Below, in pieces: positions 28,879 to 38,000 of a DNA stretch of 64,000 nucleotides (positions are counted from its first letter, which is position 1; the number at the start of each line of letters is the position of its first letter). The position numbers were made by a program, and so were the translations under genes. The stretch is from a virus (taxonomy: Duplodnaviria; Heunggongvirae; Uroviricota; Caudoviricetes), in the IMG/VR virus record IMGVR_UViG_3300029288_000054, positions 70,607 to 134,606 of that record. One strand, 5' to 3'. Under the pieces are notes generated by a model that worked only from the letters and a program-made list of their open reading frames with translations, ran no database searches and was not told the DNA's origin.

Positions 28879-29360
28879 GGTTGTATTGCGTCTTGAGGAA
28901 GCCCTTTTTCGTAGAGATCGAATGAGTCTAAATCACCGAACACACCATACTTCTTTCTCTGCAGCGCTCTTTGATAGACGAAAGACTTGTTCAGATGGAC
29001 GCCGAGATACGCAACGCCACCCTCATCCCATGTCGGATCAATGACGCGATTTGAAGCATCGACACACCAGCCGTGATGAACCGGGAAGAGGGTATTAGCT
29101 GGCATGGCTATACCTTCGACGTAGATATAGCCCTTATTGCTCATGAGCCTGAATGCATTCATGAAGCACAATTTTGCTTTGCCACGCTTGATGTCTGCCG
29201 GTAGCGGGCTTACGACGTCAAATCTGCCGATCTTCGACACGATATCCTCGACACCGCGATATATCCAGTCGCTAGCGAACAGATCACGCTGTAGCTTCGC
29301 CATCTGTTCGACATATTGCTTCAAGTTTTCTTCGTGTTCAGTCATTTCAGCATCAACCAA
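28875..29360 (-). CDS. Phage protein with a putative Cys-His-Asp (transglutaminase-like) triad
   Basis: CFMNA...YVEGIA...HHGWCVD...VIDPTW...YLGV. Confidence 0.6.
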   Translation of the reverse strand: MVDAEMTEHEENLKQYVEQMAKLQRDLFASDWIYRGVEDIVSKIGRFDVVSPLPADIKRGKAKLCFMNAFRLMSNKGYIYVEGIAMPANTLFPVHHGWCVDASNRVIDPTWDEGGVAYLGVHLNKSFVYQRALQRKKYGVFGDLDSFDLYEKGLPQDAIQP

Positions 29361-29650
29361 ATCGGACGACCGAATTTACTAGATGGCTTTCTCGGCTGCG
29401 ACCACAACCGATAATGTTTCTCGCATGCTTTCTTTGCTGCGTTCATCGTCTTAAATAGCCGCTTTGGCGACACAAAATCCCACATTTCGCTATCGTTCGG
29501 CAAGACTATTCTGACCGAAGCTTGAAATCTTGGTAGTACCTCAACATCGTAGCATCTGTCTCGCCACACTATGCGATATTGTTCTTTGGACAGCCACACC
29601 TTATGGTGTTTCTGGCTCTGTCCCTTGATTCGTTTGCGTTTGAAATCCAT
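29342..29650 (-). CDS. Basic hypothetical protein
   Basis: Directly downstream of the ligase-like gene. Confidence 0.6.
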   Translation of the reverse strand: MDFKRKRIKGQSQKHHKVWLSKEQYRIVWRDRCYDVEVLPRFQASVRIVLPNDSEMWDFVSPKRLFKTMNAAKKACEKHYRLWSQPRKPSSKFGRPIWLMLK

Positions 29651-29653
29651 TTA

Positions 29654-30367
29654 TTAATTTCGGTGCCTTCCAGTTCGCACCCGGCTTCTCGCCGACCACT
29701 CTGTGTTGTTAGATTCGTGCCCGTTGTCTGGTTTCAATACGCCTTGCGGATCTTTTGCAATTATGCCTTCGAGCACAGGCTCACCACCAGTCTCAGTCGA
29801 CCACCCAGCGGCTTTGTTGACGGCCTGGGTGAACTCCCAAATGCTGTTGAAGTCTTCGGAAACTCGCGGCAGAAAGATGTGTTCGCTGAGTCGGACGCCG
29901 AAATCGAACTCTTTGCCGTTGATTGTGACGATGAACGACTTGCCACCGGCTGCGACCGCTTTTTCGAGCAACCAATTGTAGCGTTCTTGGTAGGTCGAGC
30001 CGATCAGCCAATCACCTTCGCGAACCAGGATGTCCCAGATGACGAATAGGCCGGAGATATGCTTATTCTTGCCGTCGAGAAGGCCACCGTCGAGGTAGGA
30101 CCAATTCGAGATATCAAGGCCAAGAACATCGCGGAAGACTGTCAATAGTTCTTCACGGAGTTCGGCGGTGAGTTTGAACGTCTTATGGGTGCTGTTGTGG
30201 CGGTTGAATATCTCGACACCACTGTTGCTTACAGCGATCTCGGTCCGCTTGTCGTTGTACTTGATCTGCCCGACCCACCCATACTGGGAGTACATCTGAA
30301 CTTGGGAGAATGGGATAGCATCCTTCATCGGACGCGGCGGGTAGATGTATCTTTGAGCTATTTTCAT
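29654..30367 (-). CDS. ATP-dependent ligase-type nucleotidyltransferase (adenylation domain only)
   Basis: Motif I QIKYNDKR, motif III LDGGLL, motif IIIa VIWDIL, Y.ERY..L and motif IV EGIIAKDP. The protein ends before any OB-fold. Confidence 0.7.
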   Translation of the reverse strand: MKIAQRYIYPPRPMKDAIPFSQVQMYSQYGWVGQIKYNDKRTEIAVSNSGVEIFNRHNSTHKTFKLTAELREELLTVFRDVLGLDISNWSYLDGGLLDGKNKHISGLFVIWDILVREGDWLIGSTYQERYNWLLEKAVAAGGKSFIVTINGKEFDFGVRLSEHIFLPRVSEDFNSIWEFTQAVNKAAGWSTETGGEPVLEGIIAKDPQGVLKPDNGHESNNTEWSARSRVRTGRHRN

Positions 30368-30368
30368 G

Positions 30369-30454
30369 ATTTCCTCTGATTTATTATAGCACGACGATCG
30401 ATCTCTCTTAATTAACGATGAATACTCGTGATGCTATAATAAATCAGAGGAAAT
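30369..30454. promoter_or_regulatory. Perfect 23-bp inverted repeat forming twin divergent extended -10 promoter + RBS cassettes
   Basis: ATTTCCTCTGATTTATTATAGCA (30369-30391) and TGCTATAATAAATCAGAGGAAAT (30432-30454). Each arm contains TGnTATAAT and GAGG and is followed within 1-3 nt by an ATG. Confidence 0.85.
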
Positions 30455-30457
30455 TAT

Positions 30458-30736
30458 ATGCAAGACATCTGGCCGAAATTCGTCGAATGTATTCAAGGGA
30501 TGTCATTTGGCGTTAAATATTACAGGTACGATAACGCCACTTCCAAAGGTGTTCCGTTCGATACAAACAATAGGCAAGTTGTGTTGAGCGATAATCCACT
30601 GACCAGGATGCTTCAAGAGGGTAAGCCTTTTGAGACCCCACACCCGCGATGCCTTTGGAAGGTGCGGCTTGAGGAACCGCGATACAATAGGCCAAGGCAA
30701 AGGCCAGTTTGCGAACGATTCATCATGCTAGACTAG
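30458..30736 (+). CDS. Hypothetical protein
   Basis: GAGG RBS and promoter immediately upstream. Confidence 0.7.
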   Translation: MQDIWPKFVECIQGMSFGVKYYRYDNATSKGVPFDTNNRQVVLSDNPLTRMLQEGKPFETPHPRCLWKVRLEEPRYNRPRQRPVCERFIMLD

Positions 30737-30746
30737 AGAGGCAACA

Positions 30747-31295
30747 ATGAGAACGGTTTTGAAAAGAGGGCAACGAGTCGACATTTATCGTCCGGCTGTT
30801 ATGGGCACTGTGGCTGAAATAGAGGGTGCTGCTACTCTCATTCAGTTAGTGCGGAAAAATCACACATCGATTCCGCCATTCGAGACTTGGACGGTCAAGT
30901 TCGACGATGATGAAGAGCCGGTGCAGCGAGATATACCAGTCAAGCTGCCTCAAATTGCTGGTATGGCATCAAGTCTTGCTAGGCTTCCAGAAAGCCGAAA
31001 TCTTTTGGCATTCATGGCGGAGGCTGGCATATCGAACGACTGGGTTGATACTTCCGGCATCGCAGCTTACACAAGCGGTAAGGTCTTGAGCAACGAGGTC
31101 GGTGCCGTGGAACTGGCTGGCAGTAGGAAGATCAACGAAGAGATGCTCATACATCTTGAGCATGGCAAGACCAAGATCGTTCTCAACCTCAATACGCTGT
31201 TGGTGTTGGCGTCAAGCTACATACGCCAACAATTCAACATAGCAGCCGAAGCAGCAGAAAACAGAAATGAATTGCCAGATAGTGATTCCCGCTAG
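30747..31295 (+). CDS. Hypothetical protein
   Basis: GAGG RBS; same operon as kdsB. Confidence 0.7.
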   Translation: MRTVLKRGQRVDIYRPAVMGTVAEIEGAATLIQLVRKNHTSIPPFETWTVKFDDDEEPVQRDIPVKLPQIAGMASSLARLPESRNLLAFMAEAGISNDWVDTSGIAAYTSGKVLSNEVGAVELAGSRKINEEMLIHLEHGKTKIVLNLNTLLVLASSYIRQQFNIAAEAAENRNELPDSDSR

Positions 31296-32010
31296 GATCG
31301 GTTCGACACGCTTAGAACGTAAGCTCTTACTGCGGGCAACCGGTAAACCTCTCATCCAACACACATGGGAAGCTGCTATCGGCTCCACTCGTGCATCAGG
31401 CGTTTGTGTAGCTACCGATAGTAAGGAAATCTTTGATGAGGTCGAGTCGTTTGGTGGTATAGCTGTTATAACTAGCTCGCTACCAAATAGCGGCACTGAT
31501 AGGGTAGCAGAAGTCGCAAGGCGTATGACAAACGTCGACATCTTCGTCAATCTGCAAGGCGACGAGCCTGAGATATCGGCCAGGACCATCGATCTAGCTA
31601 TCGAAATGTTGGCGAATCCATACATCAATATGAGCACGATAGCTACTCCGATTCGAGACAAGAAGCATCTTGATGATCCTGCTTGTGTCAAGGTGATATT
31701 CGATGTTATAGGCAAGACTGCGTACTATTTCAGCCGAAGTGCTATCCCTTATCCGCGATGCTGGGACGACGCCTACCTATCATTGCCTACCTTTTTCCAG
31801 CATATAGGCATCTATGCCTATCGACGAAGATTCCTATTACAAATGGCTGCTATGCCTCCAGGTAGATTAGAAACGATTGAGAAGCTGGAGCAACTTAGAG
31901 TCATAGAAGCTGGCTTGCCAATAGCTGTCGGTGTTGTAGATGAACCGACGTTCGGAATAGATACTCTCGAAGACTATTTAGAATTCGTGAGAAGGCAGAA
32001 GACTACTTAG
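31267..32010 (+). CDS. kdsB: 3-deoxy-manno-octulosonate cytidylyltransferase (CMP-Kdo synthetase)
   Basis: VIPARIGSTRL..K, VATD, SGTDRVAEVA, VNLQGDEP, VKV, YFSRSAIPY, HIGIYAYR, LETIEKLEQLR and GIDTLED are all present. Confidence 0.93.
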   Translation: MNCQIVIPARIGSTRLERKLLLRATGKPLIQHTWEAAIGSTRASGVCVATDSKEIFDEVESFGGIAVITSSLPNSGTDRVAEVARRMTNVDIFVNLQGDEPEISARTIDLAIEMLANPYINMSTIATPIRDKKHLDDPACVKVIFDVIGKTAYYFSRSAIPYPRCWDDAYLSLPTFFQHIGIYAYRRRFLLQMAAMPPGRLETIEKLEQLRVIEAGLPIAVGVVDEPTFGIDTLEDYLEFVRRQKTT

Positions 32011-32294
32011 GGCTGCCACGGATATTTCTGATCCGACCGCACGTTGGTCTGATATGCGGTTTTACCTACTTCAAGCTCGGCGGCAGTCAACTCGACCCAT
32101 TCTTGTTTGCCGAACCTGTGGCCATTTCTGCCCATGCCGCTCGCCATTGACAGGCGATTCACGACACCGCCAGTCACTCCAACAAACTCAGAAACAGGAG
32201 CACAGGTGATTTTGGATGGCAGGTTGTTCGCTAGAACTACGAAGCCATTAATCACTGGGACTTGCCGAACGACCGTAATTGTTTCAAAGCTCAT
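32007..32294 (-). CDS. Hypothetical protein (possibly structural)
   Basis: ATGA-coupled to 32291-32530. Confidence 0.6.
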   Translation of the reverse strand: MSFETITVVRQVPVINGFVVLANNLPSKITCAPVSEFVGVTGGVVNRLSMASGMGRNGHRFGKQEWVELTAAELEVGKTAYQTNVRSDQKYPWQP

Positions 32295-32530
32295 GATGCA
32301 TAGCTCTGTGCGACTGTCAGCAGATTCTGACTAGCCAAATTGTGGAGTTGGCCATAGTTGACGCGAGATTGCTCGATGACGACCTTCTTACCTGGTGAGA
32401 TGGTCAGTAGGCCGTGAGCAGTCTGTGCCACATCACCGACAGCAGCCGCATCACCTGCCTGATAATTGATGCTAACTGGCTGATGAGAGTTGTTGCCAAG
32501 AACGTATACTGGTATGCTTGCGGTCGCCAT
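32291..32530 (-). CDS. Small hypothetical protein (possibly structural)
   Basis: AGGAG RBS and CAAAGCTA motif upstream. Confidence 0.7.
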   Translation of the reverse strand: MATASIPVYVLGNNSHQPVSINYQAGDAAAVGDVAQTAHGLLTISPGKKVVIEQSRVNYGQLHNLASQNLLTVAQSYAS

Positions 32531-32570
32531 ATCGAATCTCCTGTTCTATGGTAGCTTTGAATAGAAGCAC

Positions 32571-32741
32571 TCAGGTTTTCTCGGCGTAGTATTCGTGCTC
32601 TATTTCTTCCTGCTCATCAGGATCGAGCTTTTCGACACCAAGCTTCTTAGCGGTTGCGATTGATCTTTTTGCCTTTTCCGGCAACAGATTCTTGTCGTCT
32701 TCCACCAGAATTGCGTTTAGCACTGCGTCGAAGTGTCTCAT
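32571..32741 (-). CDS. Small acidic protein (56 aa, not in track)
   Basis: MRHFDAVLNAILVEDDKNLLPEKAKRSIATAKKLGVEKLDPDEQEEIEHEYYAEKT; CAAATATA lies 5 nt upstream of the ATG. Confidence 0.6.
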   Translation of the reverse strand: MRHFDAVLNAILVEDDKNLLPEKAKRSIATAKKLGVEKLDPDEQEEIEHEYYAEKT

Positions 32742-33129
32742 CCGTGTATATTTGAATATCGCCGCTTCCTGGATTAGAGAAGATAATATATTTCCCTATC
32801 TTCTGACGCATAGATTCCTCGTATTCTTTGCGGGGCGATTTTAAGAGATCGAGGAATAATTTTATGGCTGCGTCAACATCTTCGTCTTTGAATGTAACGT
32901 AATAAATAGTCGGGAGAGGCATCTTACCCGATTCTGGGTCGTCATCCCACGATTCTTCTACAGCTATTTCCCACTCTTTACCTTTTTTCATCCGACTGAT
33001 ACATACAAGCTTCGGATCGTGGGCGAAGACGTGTGCCGTCCCCTCGTATGGGTTATTTAGAACTTGGAGGATCTTCTGGTACGTTAACTTGACTGACCGG
33101 CCAAATGTATCAGAAGCGATTATTTCCAT
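32647..33129 (-). CDS. Hypothetical protein
   Basis: 160-aa ORF whose last ~31 codons overlap the gene at 32571-32741. Confidence 0.6.
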   Translation of the reverse strand: MEIIASDTFGRSVKLTYQKILQVLNNPYEGTAHVFAHDPKLVCISRMKKGKEWEIAVEESWDDDPESGKMPLPTIYYVTFKDEDVDAAIKLFLDLLKSPRKEYEESMRQKIGKYIIFSNPGSGDIQIYTDETLRRSAKRNSGGRRQESVAGKGKKINRNR

Positions 33130-33287
33130 AGTGATTTAGAATACCAAATAGGTGATTTCTGCGCCTGTGGCAGCCCTAGCCAAAAATAATATACCATTGC
33201 ACGGGAGTCCTCTGTGTATTTTAATGGTATAGTTCCTGATGACACAGGAGTGATTACAGGTTTCGTTAACCCTCGGAGGAATCTGAC

Positions 33288-33782
33288 ATGTTGAGTTCCA
33301 TTCTAGTTTCTGTGGCGATGCTTGGTTCACCATGCACTCCCGCCGCCTGTGCTCCAGCCGCTTGTGCCCCTGCCGCTACTTGTGCTACTACCGAGAAGGT
33401 CCGTGAAGTGCGAGCTCCGGTTCGTAAGATCGTCACCGCCTTGGCCAGTATCCACGAGAATCGGAAGGAAGCCCGTACGGCGAGAAGCGAAGAGCGAAAA
33501 GCGAAGAGAGCTTGCGCCCCTGCGGCTTGTGCTCCAGCAGCCTGTGCCCCTGCAGTTTGTGCTCCAGCGGCCTGCGCTCCGGCAGCTTGCACCGAAGTGG
33601 CTTGTGCCAAAAGAGTCGCCAGAGTCGAACGAGTCCGCGAGGTTAAGGTCCGCGAGGTCAAGATTGTGAAGGTTGAGCGTCGTCGTCATAAGGAGCCGAA
33701 GGCTTGTGCCCCGGCAGCTTGTGCTCAAGCCGCTCCGACTTGCCCTATGACCAGTCCAGCGCCTCCGGTACCCAGCAAGTAA
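33288..33782 (+). CDS. Secreted Cys/Ala/Pro-rich protein with CAPAA repeats
   Basis: GGAGG RBS, signal-peptide-like N-terminus, three clusters of (C)APAA(C) repeats separated by basic tracts, downstream hairpin. Confidence 0.8.
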   Translation: MLSSILVSVAMLGSPCTPAACAPAACAPAATCATTEKVREVRAPVRKIVTALASIHENRKEARTARSEERKAKRACAPAACAPAACAPAVCAPAACAPAACTEVACAKRVARVERVREVKVREVKIVKVERRRHKEPKACAPAACAQAAPTCPMTSPAPPVPSK

Positions 33783-33805
33783 TTGCAGGTCCGGATCGAC
33801 ACATA

Positions 33806-33835
33806 CAACGGCGTACTGATCCCAGTACGCCGTTG
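33806..33835. terminator. 13-bp perfect hairpin after the CAPAA gene
   Basis: CAACGGCGTACTG-ATCC-CAGTACGCCGTTG; no U-tract. Confidence 0.6.
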
Positions 33836-33870
33836 CTGTATAGGTAAATAATTAAGACAAGGAATTCACA

Positions 33871-34089
33871 ATGCAAATCTATCAGCTTACCGATGCGGAA
33901 CGAGAAACGATCGAGCATACCACAGGACCAAGGAATGTAATCTTGGTTGTCTGCGATTACGGCGGAGATATCGGATGTTGCGTCGATTATGCGGCGTTAA
34001 TTAGTGAAGAGTTCGTACTCTACCACGACGCAATCGCACCGTTAGATACCAGTAGAATTAAAGAGTATACGCCGACGCAGCCAGAGTGA
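33871..34089 (+). CDS. Hypothetical protein
   Basis: AAGGA RBS. Confidence 0.65.
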   Translation: MQIYQLTDAERETIEHTTGPRNVILVVCDYGGDIGCCVDYAALISEEFVLYHDAIAPLDTSRIKEYTPTQPE

Positions 34090-34344
34090 TCAGACTAGCA
34101 AATACGTGATGATTTGCGTCTGATCCATATGCTTCAAGATGAAGTCGTCTGTCGCCTCAAGTTCTAAGTATGTCTTCGGCGTCGGATTCGTCGCCGTATT
34201 CGGGATCGAGGAGTCCGCAATAACGCGAGGCTCCGTTGAAGCCTGCGTCATTTGGCCAATTGTGGCTTCATTCTTCTTGATCACCACGCCAAGCGAGTTG
34301 ACCGGCAATAACGCAATTTGTGCTATATGAATTGGTGTAGCCAT
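34090..34344 (-). CDS. Hypothetical protein
   Basis: GAAGG RBS; converges on and abuts 33871-34089. Confidence 0.65.
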   Translation of the reverse strand: MATPIHIAQIALLPVNSLGVVIKKNEATIGQMTQASTEPRVIADSSIPNTATNPTPKTYLELEATDDFILKHMDQTQIITYLLV

Positions 34345-34374
34345 CGTTCAGCCTTCTTTCAAGAGGGATCTATT

Positions 34375-34665
34375 CTAGATTTGCTGTAGTCTATCTACCA
34401 GCTTTAATTTTCTCTCTTCTAAACGTCTCAATATCTCGCCAGCTATAGCCTCATCATCGCCACCAAATGGATTATCTGGTGCCGACTTGACTGCGGCGAG
34501 AGCTTTATCAATCCACGCGGCTGACTCTTTCGCTATCTGAGTCAGTTTATTCGGAGTTGTTATCGCTTCGAAGACGTCTTTTGGACCGCCGTTCGGCGGT
34601 ACTATAATTGAAGACATGCGATGGCATATGAGCTTTCGCACGTTTGGCCCAATTACTTTACCCAT
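34375..34665 (-). CDS. Hypothetical protein
   Basis: GGAGG RBS. Confidence 0.7.
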   Translation of the reverse strand: MGKVIGPNVRKLICHRMSSIIVPPNGGPKDVFEAITTPNKLTQIAKESAAWIDKALAAVKSAPDNPFGGDDEAIAGEILRRLEERKLKLVDRLQQI

Positions 34666-34756
34666 TCCGGCCTCCGCGATATCTACACAAAGTTATTGGT
34701 GTCCCAGATTTGTCTTGGTTTCTATCAACGCCGCAAAAATAAGAGGGTGACCGCAT

Positions 34757-35035
34757 ATGAATACAATATATGACACCAGGATAAATTATGCCAGCGGTGG
34801 GGTTGTATGGACTTTCGACATGCCATTCGAACATCCTCCAGTGGTGTGTATAGGAGTGCAGCTAAATAACCTGCCTGACAGCATATATCCCATATCGCAC
34901 AAAATTGTTAGTTTGACAGCAACATCGGTGACGATCAAGGTCTATAAGGTTGAATTGACGGATCTTAGAGACCTTCTCTTTAGTGAGTGTGCGACCAATG
35001 ATGTCGTCGTTCACATAACGGCTGAGGGAGAATAA
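34757..35035 (+). CDS. Small beta-sandwich-type protein leading the collagen cassette; paralogous to an insert in the baseplate protein
   Basis: GGVVWTF..PF..PP.V.IG.QL.NLPDSIY.IS.KI...T...VTIKVYK...L.FSEC.T.DVVV.I matches the minus-strand segment at ~19092-19330. Confidence 0.75.
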   Translation: MNTIYDTRINYASGGVVWTFDMPFEHPPVVCIGVQLNNLPDSIYPISHKIVSLTATSVTIKVYKVELTDLRDLLFSECATNDVVVHITAEGE

Positions 35036-38000
35036 TGTTAAGTAATACTGACAGGTTGGTCACAAAAGCAGCCGCCGACTACACTATAAGAGTAGGCGCA
35101 ACCGATTCTGAATATACGTCAATTCAAGAAGCTATCAACCATGCGGTCGATAAAGACGTCATCTTTGTCAAGCCGGGTGTGTATAATGAAAATCTGGTAG
35201 TCAACAAACTACTAACGATTTATGCAGAAGATAGCGACAACACGACCATCACTGGCGATGGCGTAACTCCTGCTGTCCATATCACCGCCCCAGGTGGAGC
35301 ATTCAAGCAGTTCGGTATCACCGCCTTATCGAATAACCAGACAGGCATCTTTTTAGATAATTCGGCCAGTATTGATTCATTCCTTATCGAAGGATGCGCG
35401 TGCTTTGGGAATAAGAACGGCATCGAGCTAAACAACAGCAAGAACAACAATATTGGCAACAACGTATTAACTGGCAATCGACAGTTCGGTATCTTGTTGC
35501 GTGACGGATCAGACAACAATACTGTAAGTGCTAATATTGCAACTGGCAACGCTGACGGTATCGGAGTCAATAATTCGACCGGCAATGTCGGTGAAGAGAA
35601 TAACGTCACTGGAAACGTCAACACCGGTTATTCCTTTGTATATGCTTCTGGGAACAACTTCTCGGAATGCACAACAAAGTCGAATAATATCGGCATGTAC
35701 TTCCAGAACTCAACGAACAATAGATTCCACTATAACGAAGTAGTCGACAACCTCGACGCGATCAAAATGGTTGCTTCTTCATCCAATACGGTGGAGAGCA
35801 ACACGATTCTTGAGCGGACTGTAGGATCATCGATTACTCTTGATGCCGACTGCAGCAGCAATAGAATAAATCATAATACTTATCGTATCCCGGCTATTGA
35901 TCTCGGGACAGATAACGTTTTTGTCAACAACCATTCTCTTTCGCCATCATTGCAATACGACGTAGCGACTGTCCGATACGTCAACAGCATGATCCAGCCA
36001 GGCGGTGAGAGTAGCGACGTTGTTTGTGGTGTACTTCGCGCTATCAACGGTGCGACTCTCAAGTGGAAGTTTTACTCATCTAACCATATCAGGTTATATA
36101 ATACTGACGTTTCAGCTTGGGAGATAATCGAAGTCGGTACAGAACCGACAGCCGCAAACACAGACCAGGACATGTGTGGTGATGTCCTTGCGGCAGATCT
36201 CGTTTATGACGTTTTCGCCGTCTATAACTCGACGCTGACTTCATTTGACATCACGTTTGCACCATGGAAGATCGTGTCGACTGATGGAGCCAATAATCCA
36301 GGGACAACAACATGCACGACAACGATGACGTCGGATGTCACACCTGTGCCAGAGGTTGTGAGTGCAAGTAGTGAATTATATGGTGCGTGGAATGCTTTCA
36401 GCGACGATCCAGTACGATATTGGTCGTCTACACCGACGCCGCTAGCTACGTCCGCATTCATTAAATATGACTTCAACGTTCCAACAATCGTCAATAAGTA
36501 TGCATTGAAGTCAAACCAGAACATCGCATTCCCGACTACTTTTTCACTTGCTGGATCAAATAACGACATCGATTATACGTTATTGGATTCGCGAACGGGC
36601 ATTGTCGGTCCTGGCGACGACGCATGGACGACGTATTACACATTCAATAACGGTACGGCTTATCGTTATTATAAGCTAGTAACGAATTGCCCTGCTGATG
36701 CTGGCTACGGTGCGATGTATGTCGAGCTAACTGCGGTTAAGTTGGTTCGAGGTCTACCATCGAATTCCAGAGCTAATTATTGGATCACCGGAACAAATTA
36801 TCGCGTCGGCGATCGTGTCATTCACGGTGACGCCTACATCTGCTTGGTAGCTCATACCGCTGATGATTTCGCTACTGATTTAGCCAGCGGTAGATGGGTT
36901 CTTGGCGATCCTTGTGGGCTTGGTATCTTCGAAGGCGTACCGGTTTATGCAGATTCAGGCGTATATCGCAGCTATCGATGGCTCGGTATGGTATCACTCT
37001 ACACGCAAGGAGGCGCAGCAAATTTCAGCAACTCGCTGATAAGCAACTTCTACAACCCAATTGATAGAAATAAAGAGAATGGAGATGTTGTAGTCGAGAC
37101 TGGTGCTCTCGGCAATGTGGTGCTCGGCACGATCGATTTTCCACGTGGCGATGGTCTTCCAGGCCAAGTCCTTGAGACTGATGGTGCTGGGCATTTAAAT
37201 TGGGTTAATAACGGTGCTGACTTACTAAGCACCGACGTTGTTGGCGGCAACTTACATGTTGCTAGCCCAACTAACCTGACATGGAACTACGTAGAATCCA
37301 ATGAGATTCGGTTGTTCAATGGTTCTATAAATTCATGGCAGACTGTACGATGTGCAACGCCACCATCTGCATCGAACATCGTTAACGATATGGACGCGAC
37401 CCCATTGATGTCGCATAGAGTTTATGACGTCTTTGGTTTCTTCCGCACCGATACGGTTTTTGAATTAGAATTCGCTCCTTGGAAGTTTGTTCCATCGGAC
37501 GGTATATACAATCCCGGTACGACCACGTGCACGGCGAAGATGACTGGCTTCAATTCGCCGACGCCAAATGCTATAATCACAAGCTCAACCGGCGTTACAT
37601 ATGCCGATATTGACAACACTTATTATTATGGTTGGTATGCATTTAGCCAGTTAAATAATAACGTCGGTTGGGCAGTTCAAATTGGCGGTTATTCGTACAC
37701 GCCCGGTGATCCGTTCCAACAGCCTATGTGGATCACCTACGATTTTGGGCCAACCACCAAGAAGGTCATCAACAAGTACGCTTGGAAAGCGAAAAAATAC
37801 TATCCATCGTTGCCGAGAGACTGGACGGTATCTGGATCGAACGACAATGTTAACTGGTCAATACTCGATACGAAAGTTGGTATTGATCCGCCACCGGGCA
37901 TTGGCATATGGTCGCAATACTTCACGTTCAATAATGCGATCGCCTATAGGTTCTATCGTATCGATGTCACGGCGTGCACATATCCATGGCAATGCTCATA

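Noticed and set aside
33266-33728. AAGAQ-repeat minus-strand ORFs and the 33322-33669 alternative frame
   Set aside because: Shadows of the CAPAA gene, which has the RBS, signal peptide and downstream hairpin.
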